DNA of 64,000 nucleotides from Phoronis australis (taxonomy: Eukaryota > Animalia > Phoronida). The notes under the pieces were generated by a model. That model was not told the origin of the DNA, searched no databases, and was given only the letters and a program-made list of their open reading frames with translations. Numbering within the stretch: position 1 is the stretch's first letter; the number at the start of each line of letters is the position of its first letter. Both the position numbers and the translations under genes were made by a program. Location of the stretch: the NCBI GenBank assembly GCA_002633005.1, contig NMRA01000672.1:1-64000 (forward strand). Reading direction: 5' to 3'. This document shows positions 26,701-41,700 of this stretch, in pieces.

Positions 26701-29700
26701 AATTCTTTCTGATTACAACTGCCCTTCTGGCCCTTTCTGGTTTTTAAAGATACTTTTCCCCTCATTTCTATTAAAGCTGTACTTAACCATTTTCAGCAGG
26801 TAAGGATGAAGAAATAACTAGGCCTTTTACTATCATAAAATAAGTCTTATAGAATCGCTCTCATAAAATTGGTCTCGTAATATTTCTTACCGTGATAGGG
26901 TTCCGTTTTCTTCACCACCAAGGACATTGAAACCAAAACACCATCAGCAACTCAATATGCTTCAGATTGTGTAATGGAAATGGAATCCTTTCAAGGCAGG
27001 AATATTACGACACCCATTTTGTGAGAGTAAAAGGCCCAATTCGTTTTTAGCCAGCTAGACAGGACCAAATGCAGCTTTCTGAAAACTCTGTGAAGCTATT
27101 TCTGTTAAAACTTATTCTCGAAAGATGACAAATTTCTTTCAAAATAAACGTAATCTAATAAAGCATTTTTTAAGTTTTAAAGTTTGAACTCCTCGACGTG
27201 CAATGATAAAATGACCGTCACAGTTGTATGACAGGGAAGTATATTTTTTATGAACTTCAATAGCGAAAAATGCAAATGTGATTTACAAAGCATTTTAATT
27301 AAGTCATATCAGTTTTATAGAGGAGTTCTATAAAACTGTATAATTCAAATTCATTAAAAAGAAGGAAAAGAACTTATTTAAAAGGTGTAACTTTGAAGTT
27401 TACTATTGAAAAATGTTCTCAAACTAATAACAGGTCATTTAGCAGCCAAATCTATAAAAACCTTTGTGTACTGCCTGATGGTTGTATTTCACAACGTTAC
27501 CATAATATCTGACCTGGTTTCAATAAAAAACATTACTTCAATAAAGACATTATCATGAAGTATAAAAAACAAAACACATTAAAAAACCATCATAACAGAC
27601 ATAGCAGTACCTTCAATAATATTCTTCAAATAAAACATGAGCATGAATAACATCACAATATGACAACTTTAACAACATGTGTCCACCAAATCTCCTTTTT
27701 TTCCAAGCAGATACACTTCAAAATCAAGCAAGCAATAAGCAAAACGCACAACGTTGACATAATTTTTCAACAATTGAAACCCCTATGTAGCCATATTCCA
27801 TTTTGACTAAACAGTGCAGAGTGAAGAATAGGCAAATTTGTCTAAGAACTAAGTTTACAATACGGAAGTTAGTGAACTATTATCTGTCTAATTATTACGT
27901 GATTAGTTACACCTTGAAAGTATTACAACAGAGTGCATTATGGGATTGCATGTGTAGTATTATTGTTGCAGTGGTTATACTGCAGTGTCACGCCATTAAA
28001 ATACAGTAAAATTTCACTGATCTCGGATAAAAAAATTGCCAAAATCGATCATTTTTCCAACATCGTTCAGAATGTCACCAATTTCTCAAAATCCGTAGCT
28101 AGGGTATACAACTTAAAAAATAAAAAATTGGAGCTACAAACTCTTTTGGAAAAAAGAAAAAACTTTACACTGGTCCATCATATTTTGTCCTAAATTGGCG
28201 TGATTTTACAGTACAACAGAATGCTGATTGCGCCTCACAATATAACACAGAACTCCATGTGGTATTTGACTGCTAATATTTATGAAGGTCACGCTTTGTA
28301 GAGTATCTTACACACAAACCAGGCTCTATATGTAACAAAATCAATGTTCTTCAACAAAAAACCGCTAAGAATGCATCGGATTACTTTGTCCAGAAATTAT
28401 TGATGAAAATTTTTATTTTACATCTATCATTTCCTTAGGAAGTTTCTGTAAAACGTCTTCAGTTTGAGCTATGGCGGAAAAGTAGAAATTTCTCAATATG
28501 AGATAAAAAATTTCACTTAATCATATGGCTGTCATCAAACATCATTTAGTGAATTTGAGAACTTGCAGGCATATCAACTGACAAAGTGAAAATTGGCAAT
28601 TTCACCAAATATTTTAGTTCCAAATTGAAAAATGTAGGTGTGTCTTTATATCTCAGATGCAAAGCTTGTAGTTTTTTTAATTCCACTAATGGTCAAACAC
28701 AGTTGCGGGAGCCTTGATTTTCAACACACATCTTGGACAAATTTTATCTTAATCCATTCTGTTGTGGGCTGCCTCCCAATTATTGAAATTTTGTGCACTG
28801 GCATTTCAAAATGTTGATAGTGTTGGATAATGAAACAAAAGACAGATGCATTTTGGGTAAGTCACATGCTACCAAGTCCTAATTTTGCAACAACCTATGA
28901 AATCCGTGAGTTTCAGTGTAAGACTCTCCACAAAGCTTCACTCTGGTCACACACTGTGTACCTTTGCATGCCTGGATGTGGCACTTTTGTATCTGGTTCG
29001 AGTCGCCCGCACACCGCTTGCCGCCGTATCTCGGACGGTTACAGTGGCGCCTCCTACTGTGGGTGCCGCCACCGCAGGTGACTGAGCAGCGAGACCACGC
29101 TCCCCATTCTGTCCACTCACCATCCTCTGGAATGTGTACAATACAGTTTATGGTAAAGTTCGTGCTTTGCAAATAAATCCTATTACAAAAGCTGTACCAT
29201 AAAATCTCACTAATTTCAGACAAAAATAATTGCCAAAACTACTCAGTTTTCATTTTTCAGTGAATTCTCACATTGTTGTGAAAGTCCACAATTTTTCAGA
29301 ATATTGCATGGCAGTAGCAGTGGTTCAAAAACAGGAAGCATCAATTACGTGCTTGGACATTTTATCTAAAAACGATTAAAAAATTTCACTCGTCTGCCAT
29401 ACAGTGCCCTTAATTGGTGAGATTTTACTTCAAATCCTAAGTGGTCTCACAAACATAATGGGGTGTGTGTGTCTACAAGCTTAAATGGACCCATACCAAT
29501 ACAAAGGATTTCAGTGAAAAACAATGTCTAGAGCAACATCAAATTTACACCGAACTTTCATAGCTATAACCAGAGAATCGACTACAATCAATGTTAAATT
29601 TTGATAACAGTTTATGCGCTAAATGTATGTGTGTGTATGCTTGTTGTTGATAATTTATGTTAAAAAATTATCAGTGCATACTATTTCCTATTTATTCTTA

Positions 29701-32700
29701 ATTCCACACTGCAAGTAACCCTGAAATACCTTGCCCTAGAACGTCCACACTACACACCTGCCACCTAGTGACAGGAGGTAAATTATCACTCTCAACCGAT
29801 TACTTGCATTTTCACCCACCAAGTTTTTGGACAATTCAATGTTCTTGCAGTTGCAGGAAACCAGAAGAATATGGTTTATAGCGATTAAAAGCAATGATCA
29901 AAATATGAAAGTACAATATCGCCCACATGGCACGTACTTCCATCTTGTGGGCAAATTTGCAGTCAAACTGCTATTTCCACTGAAGGCAAAATACCCCCAG
30001 AACAAGTTACACTACCTCAATAAGGTGGGGTAAGTTGTCACACGTGTGTCAAGTTATCCCAGCGCAAATTGCGTCCACACAACTACAAAACCTAGCAATA
30101 ACCCAGTCCATCAGTAACTTGCTCTATGGTAGCTTATATCACGGACGGCACTTCTCATTACTACAATGTGGGTAGAACTATACAGACACAAAGCATTGCG
30201 ATATAAAAGTATGTCACTGGCTGAATATGCAAATGAATAGCTGACCTAAATTCTATGGTTGGCAATCTATATACACATATGGTTGGCAGTCTATGTACAC
30301 ATTTCTGTATCTAATTCATGCATACACTAATTGATAAGTCACTACCAATTTACCTGGACAAGGCTGACGATTGCAGGAATCTACTTCCATTGCAGCCCCA
30401 GCGCACTGCCGCCCTCCATATTGAGGCTCTGGGTTTGAGCACGTGCGGAACCGTTTCTTCATTCCACCATTGCACGACGCCGTACACTCGCCGAACTCTG
30501 CCCACTCCGACCACTGACCATTAACTGCTCGAGAAACAGGCCACATGACTGTCATGTGACTGCCATATCATGTGATCCACGACTGGCACTCCCTGTTGTT
30601 AGTGGCGAATGGCCAGGGATTCTACCCACTAGACAGTCGTTAGGTTACAGTTAGAGGACTATGTTTGTATGCGCTAAGGACTGAGAAAGCAAGCGGACAA
30701 CACAAATAAACGTTGCGTGATGCAAGCACTCGGCTATAGAGACCAAGGCAGCCAAATGAACGTCACAGAAAAAAGCAGACGACATAAACGGCCCGACGAA
30801 CAGTGAACATCCTTCAAAAGTACTAAGTGAAGAGATATGATAGACAGATAAAACATTTTTAACGAATAATTCATGGAAAAGAGTGTACTTCAAGTCAATG
30901 AAGAAAAATAGTAACAGAAGACAGTTCAAAGTGGAAGACTGTTGTTTAAGTTTTAAATGTCTGTTAGGATTTTTGTTTAAAAAGACTTCCTCAAGGCATA
31001 AAATACATTTATAGCACATCAGAAAATCGATTAAACTAAACTAAAATCAGAAAACAATTAACTGAAAGTAACTTCTTGCTCAAAATTTTTAAAAGAGCTA
31101 AAAAGTTGAAGCAAACCAATTCATTTGTAGTTGTTTTGGGGTGACAATTGGTGTCTAAAAATGTCCCCTAATTAGCATATCAGTAGCAGACAACAAACCT
31201 GGGCAGGCGTCTGAATTACAGTAATCTTGCTGCGTCTCCTGGCCTGGACAGAACAGACCTCCGTGGGCAGGGGCGGGGCTATCACACCTCCGTGACCTCT
31301 CACGTGACCCTCCACCGCATGATTGACTGCACATAGACCAATGCATCCATGAGCCCCAGTTTCCATGAACTGAAAATGAGAAGACACGACAGCTAAAAAT
31401 TTTGTACACATCATGTAATCCAGAAGAAGAAAGAATCAAACAAGTTCTATCAGTTTATAGCTAGTATGATTAGGCGACAGTAAGTCAGTTCAGTGGAATG
31501 ACAAGTTGACTAACTGACTGAATTACTGGGTGCACTTTGCATCTGTAAACATGTATCAATATTTCAGACCTGACCCAATACGTAAAGTACAAAAAATCCC
31601 CACCCATAGTCGGTAAATCAAACCTTAAACAGGATTGGAAGTCCGTACATTGAAAGTGTAGATAAGTAATGTTTATCAATCTGCTCACGTCGAAATTGCC
31701 GTCGCGTGAAATCATTTATCTGCAGAAATAATACAGCGAATATGACTGCTCGCAAATCAAGTCCATTTTCACCCGAAGATTAGACATTTTAATATTCCCT
31801 CGTCACACCGGTTTTTTGCAATTTTCATGGTGAACTCGTGAACTTGAGCACTCATTTGGATCATTGGTTGGCATTTGGGTCATTACTAATATAACATGAC
31901 TTCCTTCGGTCCACAGTTTTCACAAAGTCACGTAATTATATGCTCATAAATTCTCCGTACTAAAGAACTAAAACAGAGGGCTCTCAAAGATGGCTCTAAC
32001 TGATATGGCAAAATATCCACCAGCCAAGATGGCAGTCCATTCTTATGAAAACCTCTCTCCCCAAGTTTTATGCCACATCTCACAATGCTACGTGGCGATA
32101 TTTTCTGAAGCTTAATGCTTTTGGTGTGGTGACATGCACATTTTGGGTTTGGAAGGGGTAAGTAGTCTGCATAGTGGCTTAGAATTTTGCAGATGATCAT
32201 AAATCACATCAGGCCTTTTGAAATTGACAAGCAATGTCAGTGAAAGCTGTCTTTGTGAACCCTGCTCTTAGTCATACAAGAGCCCCAGATGAGATTTGAC
32301 TGTGAAACTTAAACACAGCTTAACAAAGGGTTTATGGTCCTGGCTGGGAAAGTAATAGTTTTATTGCCCCTTTTGAATTCTGAATACCCGAGCACCAAAT
32401 GTCGCTTTCCTGTGGCTTTGGGTAAAAATGCACTGATTCCTATAGAATGTGCACTGTTAAAGGTTTAACCAAACAATTTTACCAAGTGCACAACATCAAT
32501 ACTCTAAACCATCACCTGCACACGGTCCCATATTGCAGCGCCTCCTATCTCTCTCGTTTCCTCTACAGGCGTTTCCACCATCTTTGGGAGGTGGGTTATC
32601 GCACTTGCGGTAACGCTCTTGCATACCGTCGCCACAGGTAACGCTGCATGGTTGCCATGGTGTCCAGTTGCTCCACTGTCCGTCCACTGTTAGTAATATT

Positions 32701-35700
32701 AAGGGGCATTTTAGCAACAAATCTCGATGGCTTCGGTTGACTTGTAACTCATGAATGTCTTGCTTTCACTTTGCATTCTGAATGTGGCCCAAAGGAAACC
32801 AAAAACTTCCACACACAATTTAAATGCTCTTACCACCCCTTGAAAAGTCTCGTGAATAAAATTCGGCTGCTTTATTTTACTGACAGAAATGGGCATCGCC
32901 TAAAAAAGTGAACTAGGAGTAAAATTTGCACTGCAGTAATTGTTGAATCTCTAATGAAGTACTTCAACAAGAAAATTTTTAATCACTCAATATTCGTCGT
33001 GATTTGTACAAAGCAGGGGGAGATAATCACCAGCACATGACTGCAATCTACAGATGTCTCTTTCCAGACGGTCACCCACACAATGTCTCCCTCCGTGATC
33101 AGGGGCAGGATTGTTGCACTTGCGCATACGCAGCTTCTCGCCTTGCCCACAGGTGGTGCTGCAAGATTCCCATGACAACCAGCTGCCCCATTGTCCATCC
33201 ACTGGAATAACAATTACTGGATTATGTATTGTCCTCTATAGACACAATTTTTTTAGAGCTTAAAACCGCATACACAATATTTTGATTATATCTAACAAAT
33301 GAATATTCTAAATTTTTTATCGTGATTTTTAATATTTTTACAAAGTCCAAAACCAATAAAACAATGAATAATACATTCCAAGAGAAACAGCTCTATTGTT
33401 TGTGGTGACAAACAAAAAGAAATTTCCATGAAGTCTGCAAAATTTCAAAGCAGAAAACTTACCAGGGCAGTGAGTCACCATGCATCTACGCGTCTCTAAT
33501 GATTCACCGTCACAAGCGCGTCCACCGTTGGCCGGGGCCGGATCGTTACACTCCCGTACACGCGTCTGCTCACCATTTCCACAGGTGGCACTGCAGAAGC
33601 TCCATGAAGCCCACTCACCCCAACGACCATGAACTGTCAAGCAGACAAACAGCATCAACACTGCAATCTCGTCACATGATACAGAAAAAGAAAATATACA
33701 TAGCACTCAACCAATTAAATGGTTTTGTGATTTGTGGCAAGTCTAAGCATAAAAATCATGATTCATAGCACACCGCCATTGTGAACACTGCATTCTGGGA
33801 AATAATCTCAGATGCATTATTAAACTTTCATCCAGATCTTGTAATTTCAAGACATTTTGGAGCAAAGCATACCAGTGTGGTCGCATACTCTGGAACATAC
33901 AGTTCCCATTGAATATGAAGATGGTTTTAATCACAGGTGTTATCAAAACACATCTCGAACAAAAATAGCCGCAGGCCTATACACAACATTGCGCATCATA
34001 CCTCTCACGGACAACACAGCCTCCACGATCACAGATCCCATATTGCTGGAGGCTCGACATTTATACAATCCACCGTCTTCCCTCTGCGCACCCAGGATTC
34101 GCAGCGAGTTATTAGGCAGCACATGAATACGTCCGTCTGCGTAGATGGGACTATTTTCCTTCATCCACGTGATGGACGGTTCTGGCTCTCCCTCTGCTAC
34201 ACAGTTCATTACTACGATGTCGCCTAGATCCACCTGTCTGCTGACTGGCTCAATCAACATAACTGGAGCAGCTGAAAACATCAACAAGAACAATCCTATT
34301 CAAACCATCTTTGCATAGAGAAGAGAATTGGTTTAGGAGAGGGGTCAAAGAAGCTATCTACGAGAGAATCGAGAATCCTAGCCTCAATAGACAGGGGGGG
34401 CTGCGGTTTCACCTACCTAGGACATGGGATAGGGCGCTGAAGAGAATCCCACGGAAACTGCACGACGGATCACATGACAAGTCACGTGACAACTCAGTGG
34501 CCTGATGAAGTCCTCGAGAGGAGGACGCAACGTAGCCATCTCTACATGTGTAAGTCCAGTAGTAGATTTATTTATTGTTTCTTATACTGCCCAACTGGAT
34601 GACTGAAAACATTCATCGTATCATCTTTGCATATTATACCAAATGCTACACAAAGTGTCAAGTTTGTTTTTCATCATTCTTGGTCATTTGGTTATCAGGA
34701 AAGTCCAGTTCATTCTAGAGTGAGAGTATCTGTTCCATGCTCTACAATGCTTGACTAGATCTCGTGCAAAGTAGGAAGCAATGGGGATTTTTATAATCTT
34801 GGGCAAAAAAGGAAGCAAAGGGGATTTTTATCCCACTTCCGTTGACGTCGCCACGGTGATGACCACTTAATGAACAGGAGGAATTTGTGTGAAATTTGTT
34901 TAAGACCTCGTGCAGATGTTCAGTGGCAGAGCTACGGACCTCCTGCGATGCTATGCACCAAGGTGAAGGTTATGACACACTTCCCCTACTCAGCTGGGAA
35001 ACATGAATTGCGGTAAAAATTGTTCAGAATTTTGCTCAAGGTCAGAGCATGAACCAAATTTTAGAAATAGGAAAGAAAATCAATTTACAAAAATTACCAT
35101 CAACAACAAAAGATCCTTCACCTCGATTTTATTAACTATTAGGATGCATAAAAAGGTTGCCTTGACAGCTGTTTTTTTTCCAATTTTATGAACTGCTCAT
35201 ACAAAACACCATGTCCGAAGTTCGAGAAAAATGATGAACACCAAAATCGAACATGTCCCATTCTATAGATTCAAGAAAATTCAATTTCTTATTAAAGTTT
35301 GAGTCCCAAATTTTTGAGACAGTCTAAAGTGAAGAATTTCTTATGTTAACTTTTGCTTTGGAACCAGTTTTGACATTTGTGTGAGTTACTAAAATTTTAT
35401 TGCGGTAGCTTTGGTAATGTCGATATATTGAGTTCCTCAACAAAATGCAAAAGAAGATAATGTGGTGCTTGTTGATTACGGTAAAAATTCCTCAACTTGG
35501 TACAAAAATAAGTACTAAAATTGCCATATTTCTATATTTCAGAGGCTTACCTCCGTTGTTGCAAATGCTCAAATTTTACCAAATGTTGTTTGGCAATAGC
35601 TACATCATACAAAAGCAAGATAAATATTCTCGTAAAGTTACTTTTGTTGAAAAATTTGACAAAATGAAATTTTAATACGCCGCCAAATTGTGTCCAAAAC

Positions 35701-38700
35701 AGAAGAATTTCTAATTGTGAATAATGTACATGTGTTTATTGTAAATATTCAGAAAATAACACTTCAATTATTTATGTCAATTCACATAGCATTATTTGTT
35801 CACAAATTGTAAGGAATGTTTGAAACTGTTGCACTAATAATTAAGTTCTATGGCACCCTTATGTCACTATAATAAATAAATATAATAATAATAAGTATGC
35901 TACTTACATTTGACGGTGAGATAAGAGATTCCCTCAGACGTACCAGCGTCATTCGATGCCACACACTTGTATTCACCCTGGTCAAATTTCTACAACAATT
36001 TTGAAGCAAAACATCAGCCAGGGTAAAACTCTTACTTTTCTCCATCACCCAACAGTCGCTGACAAATTGTGACACGATCTACCCTGAAGACAGCTAGATA
36101 TTCATGGCATTCATCCAATCCATTTAAACTATGATGCAAAATAGTAGATTTTCAACTATTTCACACTGTACATGAGGAACCCAGTCCAGGTAAAAATTGA
36201 CTGTCGGATGATGATTGTCAAATGGTGGGAGTTTGCTAATGAATTAAGTCCAGCTGCTTGTTCACCTAGTATGTAATCCTTTATGACACCTCATTGTGTC
36301 ATAAAACTATATGTGACTGTAGGCAGTCCAGCCAGCTGGCTCTCTGTTATGTTGGCAGGGAATGGGGTAATTGATGAAACAAATTTAAATGGGTTTTGGC
36401 TTGAATTTTCACCAGTACTAGGTCCATCACGAATCATTGTCAAAATTGACATTTTTCTATTAATAATTGTTCAAAGTCTGGCTCTATCTCCCACTTACAA
36501 AATTATCAATATCTTGCAAAGTGTTTTAACTCGCCTTATGAAGTGATTTAGCAAACTAGGTCAATTATACAATGCCTTTTCCTATCTCCACGAAGAGGAG
36601 AGTTGATTCCAGGATGTGGGTATTACGTGTAAACCACACTGTGAACTTACGGAGGAGTCATAAATAACAAGAGAGTCATTGGCCAATTGTTGGACTCTGT
36701 TGCTCAGTTGGACATCTTTTCCATTCTTCATCCATTTAATTCGTGGACGTGGATCACCCGTGATTTTGCAAGACAGGATGACCCGCTCGGCCAGGGTCAC
36801 GGCATGGTTACCAGGGGGGATAACTACCCTGGGTGGAACTAGAAAGCAATGATGAAAAAATGAAGCAAACTATTTTTCAACAAATCTAATGGGACACATA
36901 ATCAACTTATCTAGTACAACACACAATATAGGAACCAAGCCTAATCATGGATCTTTTTCTACAATATGGACATACCAAGACTGTTATACCTGATGTTTCA
37001 AATGAGTTGTTCTTTGAAATCAACATTTTGTTCATCTTACTGTTGTGTGTTGTATCCAAAGATGTTTTGAGTAAAAACGAAATACGTGTGTGCATGCGTA
37101 CGTGTGTGTTCACAAGTCAGTGCTGTCCAAACACCACAAGACAACTGGCTTCAAATCTATTCCAAGATTGTACTTAAATGAAGAACAGACTATCACCATC
37201 AAGATTTTATACTAAAATTTATTAAATGTCAATAATTAATACTATTTGGCAATCAATTTAACTGTATCCATAATTTCATGGCAGGAAGAGACTTTACCTT
37301 TGACGACCACTGCAGCGATGATCCTGCGGACACCTGCCGGGTTTGTGGCCACGCACATGTAGGTACCGTCGTCATCTTTACCAGCACTATTTATGACTAG
37401 CTGACTGGCACCATTGTTACTGCGGGGAGCTGCAATATGATATTATACAACATTATAATTACAATATTATAAAATGATATAAAGAATTACACAATATTTC
37501 ACAATATCATAAAATATCATATTACACAGTATCATACAGCATTATACAATATAATTACAATATTATACAATGATATAAAGTATTACACAATTTCAATATT
37601 ATATAATATCGTAGCAATATAATTGTACAATATGACAGGGTAGAGCCAATACAATTTCTGTAAATCAACTCACAAATGCCACAACGTTTACTAATTAAAG
37701 AAAATTTCAATGTTGTACCAGGGTACTCTGAAGTCATGTATCTTTGGTTGCTGAAATATCATCGTGTCCATTCGATACCAACACTCATGACAACATTTTG
37801 CTTCTTTAGCAGAGATAACAACAGACACAACTCACCAATAATGTCTGTTCCGTTGACTTTCCAGGTGATGATTGGCGTAGGTCGGCCCTCAGCGGCGCAC
37901 TCTAGGTTGATCTTTTCTCCAATGGTCACCTCAACACCTTGCGGTACTACTGTGAACTTTGGAGGAACTGCGACAAATAAAAGAATATATTAGAAGAAAA
38001 ATAATAATAGTTATCAATACAACTACAACAACAATAACAATAACAGCACTGACAGTAACAACAACTGTTACAATAAAGTAATAATAGCAGACTAAATTAT
38101 AACAAAAATTATCAAATCATGTTAGGGAATGACAATCTACTTTAAGCCAAAAGTTCTAATAGTCAATTTTTAAATTAGGATATTAAGTACAAAATGAAGA
38201 TCTTAAAAAATGATAATTTCATTTATTTTGACCTTCAAAAAATCCGATCTTGATAATCTGATCTCAACAAACGCATGAAAAGTCTGAAGTGTTACTACAC
38301 TGATCACAAAAAGGCACACAGCAACATGGATGCCATAATGAAAAGGCGGATAATCATGGTGTGACACACCATAACGCCTCTGCTGACGATGAAAAAATAG
38401 CTGAATGAGCCCATATTCTGGGTGTCTTTAAAGGTATAATTTTTTTGTCTTGGGAAAACTATTTAATTTGTTATTTTTCTATTTTACGAAGGGTACTTTC
38501 ATCATTACAAATGTTCAAAATTTGCTGTGTTGTTCAGTGACACTTTACCGCACAACTGATCGGCTGAAAGGAAAGCAAACTTTCCGAAGAATTATTCATG
38601 TTGGGAAACTTCACAGAATGAAATTTCAGTTGTCTGTCGTATCGTGTTCCAAACAAATTTCTACAGTAGACGTAACTTGTAATGTGAAATGTAAAACCAG

Positions 38701-41700
38701 TACCGTCAAATCAAAAATTCTTTGTACCTTAAAATGGATAGAGTAACATTACACTGACCTTGAACCCTGAGGGAAATGTCCTTCGTAGTGCGGCCCGCTC
38801 TGTTGATAGCGACACACGTGTATGTTCCTCCATACTCAGATTTTACACTGCGTAGCAGCAGGGTGCCGTCACTCTCCAAGACATGGAAACTGCTGCCGAG
38901 GTCCTCCACGGGACTATTTTTGAACACCCACTGCACCGTCGGCTCAGGAATACCTCGCGCCTTGCAGGGCAGGGCGACATTGTCATTCTCAACGATGGTG
39001 TACACACGACGACTGTCCTCAATAACTGGTGGTACTGTAGAAAAAGATTTTTGCAGCAAGTTAAAGCAGTGCTACTCACAGTTAGCGTTAATGATTCACT
39101 GGGTGGTGCTAATGAATGAAGATCTCTCATTTTGACATCTGATAGATTGAGAGGAGAAAACAGGTAATCAGCATGGGGCATCCACATGATAAGAGATCCC
39201 TGTGATTTACCCGAACGCAGACATAAAGTATAAATTTAAACTTCTTTTCTTTACACTGCCATTATCATTTTCATTATCTCAATCACTAGAGCAGCTTTAA
39301 AAAACTAATCGTTGGTCAGATTTTAGTCAGGTATTGAAATGGGCGTATATTCAAAGAGATTTGGTATTGAAATGAGGGTCTATTTTCACTATTCATAAGC
39401 ACTGAAAAGAGTCTACTATTCAGCCTCGTAGAGGCACAATTATACCCAATTTTTTCTAAGGAAAACTCTTAAGAAATGACCTTACCTTCAACGGTCAGCG
39501 AAAAGTCCATCGTAGCTTGACCAGCATCATTTTTGGCAACACAAGTGAATGTACCGGTATGGCCATACCTGAAATGACAAATTAAAATTTTTATTTTTTA
39601 CAGAGGCCCTGTGTCGAGCACAACTCTCAAGATTTCATCCACTGAAGCTTACAGAAGTGATACAGATAGGGTGTACTTTCATACTTTACGCAAGTATACA
39701 GCAGTTTAAAAAAAGATGAACGAATAACTTTATTTAATTCTTGTCAGCAAACAATTTTCATCAAAAATTCTTTGGTTACTTTCCTTGATTGAGGAGTTTT
39801 AGGAAAATAACTTGTACCTCACACATTCTCTCCCAATACACCAACAAACACAAACACAAACACAAACACAAACCCATACGCACAAACAAACATCTTACCT
39901 AGCTAGAGGTATAAACAGCTGGGCACCATTTGCCACCATCATGAAGGAGTTATCGTTGACCGGTATGTCCTTACCGTCCTTCTGCCAGACAATGGTGGGG
40001 TTGGGCTTGCCGAAGCTCTTGCAACCCATAGTCACGTTACTTCCCTCGATGACACGGAACTTGGACGGACCGTCCTCGATGGCTGGTGCAACTGGAAATA
40101 ATAGGCCGGATGGTAAAGGGCTCCGTCACTATGGCAACCATGAGGATTACATGTGCACTGGCAAGTACTAGGTTTGTGAGTGTCCAAAACTTACACAACA
40201 ATTCATTAATGTTTACGCAAAATAAATAAATAGCTAAACACGATAAAACAGATGTCTGTATGCAATGTGTCATTCCACTTTGCACTTTCAAGATTCAAGA
40301 CTATAAAGAATCATTATACATAATATATTATAGGCAATATTTCACGATCCAATTGTATCAGCCTAACATTAATACATTTTTATTAACCTTTAATTGTCTG
40401 CTTGTCAAATATTTTAATTTGCAGAAATGGCCACAAAATCTCAGTAATTATGCTTTGTTTACTGACTTATTATAGTAATTTACAATATTTCAGTTCTTAA
40501 CAGCTTAGTCAAAGTCACCGACTTCACAGCAAAGAGCTTTGACATCCAAGGTCACCACACCACCTCACCTTGAACTGTGACCTTTGTCTTGGCCAATGCA
40601 ATGCCCGCACTGTTCTGAGCAAGACAAATGTAGACACCACCATCATCCACGTTGGAGTCGGGTATCTGGAGAGAGCCACTACGCAGGATTCTGTGTGGCC
40701 CAGCGTTATTGGTCAGCAGACGTGTGCCCTTTTGCCAGGAGATTCTTGGTGTAGGCACTCCCGTCGCATTACAAGGGATAGTGATGGTCTGACCCTTGGT
40801 CACTTTAATTATTTTCTTACTCTTGGTGATGACTGGCTTCTCTAGATGGATATTTAGACAAGACATTGTTTAGTCGTAGGTAACCAGGAAATGTGCACCA
40901 GTGTAATTTTTTGATATGTTTAAAAATGTTAATTTGGCTTCAATAAGTTTAATTCACTAACTCACTAGATGGTTGTCAACCTTCAAGAAGTTCTCGCTTA
41001 CTCCATTTCTTAAAATGTCGAAAAACCATGTATTATATATGACCTCCATTTTTATAACATTTGTCATTTCTGCTTTGACCACGACTTAAAAAAACCTTAA
41101 CCGCCCATCAACTTCAACTGTCTTGCGTACCCAAAATTTGAAACTGGGTCAAGCAACTGTCGCTTTCCTGTTTTTCCAACCCTAACGAGTTACACATCGA
41201 ACGATTGGAGTTAAAACAGCCACCAAACACCCAAACTGTTTATGGTTCACCAGTCGCATAGTTCGTCAACAACATCAACTCCTCGCCTACCTTGAACAAA
41301 CAGTTCTATCTCCCTAGACACTGAGCCTGCGTCATTTGTGGCAGTGCACGTGTACTTGGCCGAGTCACCCAGTCGCACTTGGTTGAACTGCAGTGTTCCA
41401 GTTGGATGCATTCTGTAGTGTAGGCCCACAGAGTTGATAGCTTTGCCGTTCTTTTGCCACGTGACCTGCGGGTCGGGCAATCCGAGACTCTCGCACTTCA
41501 GCAGTGCACTTTCACCAACTAACTTGGCCACGTAGGTAGGACCATCCCCGATAGTAGGTGGGACTGGAAACAAGCACAATTTTGCGAAAATTTCATTTCT
41601 CTCTAAAGTCTCATATATAAAATTTCCATACAATGTATGCAAATCAACAGTCAAAACGATAGATTATTACATTTCTTGAAATGTAAATCTTCATCCATCC

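Noticed and set aside
35990-36083. Longer Ig27 exon starting at the AG at 36084
   Set aside because: Not frame-compatible with the phase-0 donor at 36651; the acceptor at 35990 restores the Ig fold
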